Origin: an uncultured Methylomirabilota bacterium
GTDB taxonomy: Bacteria > Methylomirabilota > Methylomirabilia > Methylomirabilales > 2-02-FULL-66-22
Assembly: GCA_963705305.1 (NCBI GenBank)
Contig: OY970067.1
Location: 2,560,001-2,624,000 of the forward strand
Direction of reading: 5' to 3'
Length of the DNA: 64,000 nucleotides
The first letter of the stretch is position 1. Each line of letters starts with the position of its first letter. The position numbers and the translations under genes are program-made. The notes beneath the pieces are model-generated. The model worked only from the letters and a program-made list of their open reading frames with translations. It made no database searches and was not told the DNA's origin. Positions 61,378 through 64,000 of the stretch are shown here, one piece after another.

Positions 61378-62184
61378 ATGTCGACGCAGCCGTTACGTGG
61401 GCAGAAAGCGCTGGTGACGGGGGCCAATTCCGGCATCGGGGAGGGCGTGGCGCTGGCTCTGGGCGCCGCCGGGGCGGCGGTCGCGGTCAATTACGTGACC
61501 GGCCCCGAGACGGCGCAGGCCGTGGTGGACGAGATCAAGGCGGGCGGCAGCGACGCCCTGGCGATCCGGGCCGATGTCTCCAAGGAGGACGAGGTTCAGG
61601 CCATGTTCCGGGAGATGATCGCGTCCTGGGGAACGATCGATATCCTGGTGAACAATGCCGGGCTCCAGCGCGACGCCCCGGTCACCCAGATGACCCTGGC
61701 CCAGTGGAACACGGTGCTGAGCGTCAACCTGACCGGGATGTTCCTGTGCACGCGGGAGGCTGCGCGCGAGATGATCCGCCGGGGCGTCCGGCCCGAGATC
61801 TCCCGGGCGGCGGGGAAGATCATCTGCATCTCGTCTGTTCACGAGATCATCCCCTGGGCCGGACACGCCAACTACGCTTCCTCCAAGGGCGGGGTGATGC
61901 TCTTGGTGAAGACGCTGGCACAGGAGCTGGCGCCCCAACGGATTCGGGTCAACGCCATCGCCCCGGGCGCCATCCAGACTCCCATCAACCGGGCCGCCTG
62001 GGAGACCCCGGAGGCGCTGCAGCAGCTCTTGCGGCTCATCCCCTCCGGCCGGATCGGCCAGCCGGAGGACATCGGGAAGGCGGCCGTGTGGCTGGCGTCG
62101 GACGAGTCGGACTACGTCCAGGGGCACAGCCTGGTGGTGGACGGCGGCATGACGCTCTATCCCGCGTTCGCGCACGGAGGCTAG
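61378..62184 (+). CDS. Glucose 1-dehydrogenase-like SDR
   Basis: TGANSGIG, NNAG, SSVHEIIPW, YASSKGG. Confidence 0.88.
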   Translation: MSTQPLRGQKALVTGANSGIGEGVALALGAAGAAVAVNYVTGPETAQAVVDEIKAGGSDALAIRADVSKEDEVQAMFREMIASWGTIDILVNNAGLQRDAPVTQMTLAQWNTVLSVNLTGMFLCTREAAREMIRRGVRPEISRAAGKIICISSVHEIIPWAGHANYASSKGGVMLLVKTLAQELAPQRIRVNAIAPGAIQTPINRAAWETPEALQQLLRLIPSGRIGQPEDIGKAAVWLASDESDYVQGHSLVVDGGMTLYPAFAHGG

Positions 62185-62190
62185 CAAAGT

Positions 62191-64000
62191 ATGGAGAGGC
62201 CGCTGACGGCGGAGGAGGAGCGGCTGGCCGCCGCCGAGGCGCGGACCGCCCACTGGCGGCGCTGGGGTCCCTACCTGGCGGAGCGCCAGTGGGGAACGGT
62301 CCGCGAGGACTACTCGGCGTATGGAGCGGCGTGGGAGTATTTCCCCCACGACCATGCCCGGTCGAGGGCCTACCGCTGGGGCGAGGACGGCCTGCTGGGG
62401 ATCTGCGACAACCACCAGCGGCTGTGTCTCGCCCTGGCCCTCTGGAACGAGCGGGATCCGATCCTGAAGGAGCGGCTCTTCGGCCTGACCGGCCCCCAGG
62501 GGAACCACGGCGAGGACGTCAAGGAGTACTACTTCTATCTGGACTCCACGCCGACCCACTCCTACCTGCGGGGGCTCTACAAGTTTCCTCAGGCCGCATT
62601 CCCCTACGACCGGCTGGTGGAGGAGAACGCCAGGCGCGGCCGGAGGGCGCCGGAATTCGAGCTGTTGGACACCGGGGTCTTCGACGGGGACCGCTACTTC
62701 GATGTCTTCGTCGAGTACGCCAAGGCCAACGTCAACGACCTGCTCATCCGGATCACGGTGTGGAACCGGGGGCCCGAGCCTGCGCCCCTTCATCTGCTGC
62801 CCACGCTGTGGTTCCGTAACACCTGGAGCTGGGATGCCGGCGCGCCGCGGCCCGCGCTCCGCCGTGAGGATTCCCCGGACGGACGGACGGCCATCCTGGC
62901 GGAGCACTCCAGCCTGGGACGTTTTCGTTTGGTCTGCGGAGGAACGCCGGAGCTTCTCTTCACCGAGAACGAGACGAATTTCGGCCGCCTGTTTCACCTC
63001 GAGGGCGGGCAGCCTTTCACCAAGGACGCCTTCCACGCCTACGTGGTGGAGGGACGCCGGGACGCCGTGAATCCGGCCCAGCAGGGGACCAAGGCCGCGG
63101 CCTATTATGCCCGCATGGTCGAGCCCGGCCACCCGGCCGAGTGGCGCCTGCGGTTGACCGGAGCCCTGCCAGCCGGAGATCCGCTGGGAGAAGGCTTCGA
63201 GCGCGTCTACGCCGACCGGCAGCGCGAGGCGGAGGAATTCTATGCCACCGTCGTCCCCCCGAATCTGGGCGACGACGCCAAGGCCGTCATGCGGCAGGCG
63301 TTGGCGGGCCTCCTCTGGTCGAAGCAGTGGTACCACTACGACGTCCAGCGCTGGCTCGAGGGCGACCCGACGCAGCCCCCCCCGCCGCCGGAGCGCCGCC
63401 GCGGGCGGAACGCGGAGTGGACGCACCTCTACAACGAGGACGTCCTCTCCATGCCCGACACGTGGGAATATCCCTGGTACGCCGCCTGGGATCTGGCCTT
63501 CCACGCCGTGGCGCTGGCCCTGATGGACCCCGATTTCGCCAAGGAGCAGCTGGTCCTGTTCCTGCGCGAGTGGTACATGCACCCCAATGGGCAGATCCCC
63601 GCCTATGAATGGGGGCTGGGGGACGTGAACCCCTGCGTGCATGCCTGGGCGGCATGGCGGGTCTACAAGATCGAGCGGCGCATCCGCGGCAGTGCCGACC
63701 GCCTGTTTCTGGAACGGGTCTTTCACAAGCTGCTCCTGAACTTCACCTGGTGGGTCAACCGCAAGGACCCCGAGGGACACAACGTCTTCCAGGGCGGCTT
63801 CCTGGGACTCGACAACATCGGGGTCTTCGATCGAAGCGCGCCCCTGCCCACCGGCGGCCACATCGACCAGTCCGACGGCACGGCCTGGATGGGCATGTTC
63901 TGCCTGAACATGCTGGCCATCGCCCTCGAGCTGGCCCGGAAGGATCCGGCCTATGAGGACGTGGCCTCCAAGTTCTTCGAGCACTTCGTGTACATCGCCC
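62191..64000 (+). CDS. GH63/MGH1-like glucosidase (runs off the window)
   Basis: Manual translation from ATG 62191: [65 protein letters not shown]. Confidence 0.88.
   Translation, partial: MERPLTAEEERLAAAEARTAHWRRWGPYLAERQWGTVREDYSAYGAAWEYFPHDHARSRAYRWGEDGLLGICDNHQRLCLALALWNERDPILKERLFGLTGPQGNHGEDVKEYYFYLDSTPTHSYLRGLYKFPQAAFPYDRLVEENARRGRRAPEFELLDTGVFDGDRYFDVFVEYAKANVNDLLIRITVWNRGPEPAPLHLLPTLWFRNTWSWDAGAPRPALRREDSPDGRTAILAEHSSLGRFRLVCGGTPELLFTENETNFGRLFHLEGGQPFTKDAFHAYVVEGRRDAVNPAQQGTKAAAYYARMVEPGHPAEWRLRLTGALPAGDPLGEGFERVYADRQREAEEFYATVVPPNLGDDAKAVMRQALAGLLWSKQWYHYDVQRWLEGDPTQPPPPPERRRGRNAEWTHLYNEDVLSMPDTWEYPWYAAWDLAFHAVALALMDPDFAKEQLVLFLREWYMHPNGQIPAYEWGLGDVNPCVHAWAAWRVYKIERRIRGSADRLFLERVFHKLLLNFTWWVNRKDPEGHNVFQGGFLGLDNIGVFDRSAPLPTGGHIDQSDGTAWMGMFCLNMLAIALELARKDPAYEDVASKFFEHFVYIA

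Noticed and set aside
59859..62819. 986-aa plus-strand ORF spanning MFS, SDR and glucosidase
   Set aside because: Off-frame, Arg/Pro/Gly-rich read-through overlapping three real genes.

Overview
GC-rich bacterial window; the taxon cannot be assigned from the sequence alone. The left end carries a dissimilatory sulfite reduction operon on the minus strand (dsrL-dsrA-dsrB-dsrD-dsrN-dsrC-dsrT-dsrM, running off the window). This operon and a neighbouring UPF0324/YeiH-type 'putative sulfate exporter' share one promoter layout: a sigma-54 -24/-12 box with twin GTTACC-N4-GGTAAC palindromes about 65 bp upstream. Nearby are a CxxCH-containing sensor kinase, a sigma-54 activator, and a stand-alone 68-aa Fis-type HTH protein with the same recognition helix as that activator. 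Together these look like a dedicated dsr regulatory circuit. The rest of the window contains: a tandem-duplicated malic enzyme with complementary degenerate halves; a second NtrBC-like pair with tatD; an aldolase and a PfkB kinase; a membrane sulfite-oxidase-family molybdoenzyme; sdhCAB; hemW; an IS1380 element and a related 150-bp MITE stacked at one GGTGA target; MarR-pirin-DoxX; a dense two-component signalling region; a NEW3/ABC module; a cytochrome c/Fe-S/NrfD operon divergent from a ~16-heme NapC/NirT-type cytochrome; an MFS transporter; an SDR; and a partial GH63 glucosidase. Three genes are frameshifted by the same +1 change in GACGTC, probably a methylation-linked sequencing artefact. 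No rRNA, tRNA or CRISPR array was recognised. All calls come from reading motifs by eye; no database searches were run.
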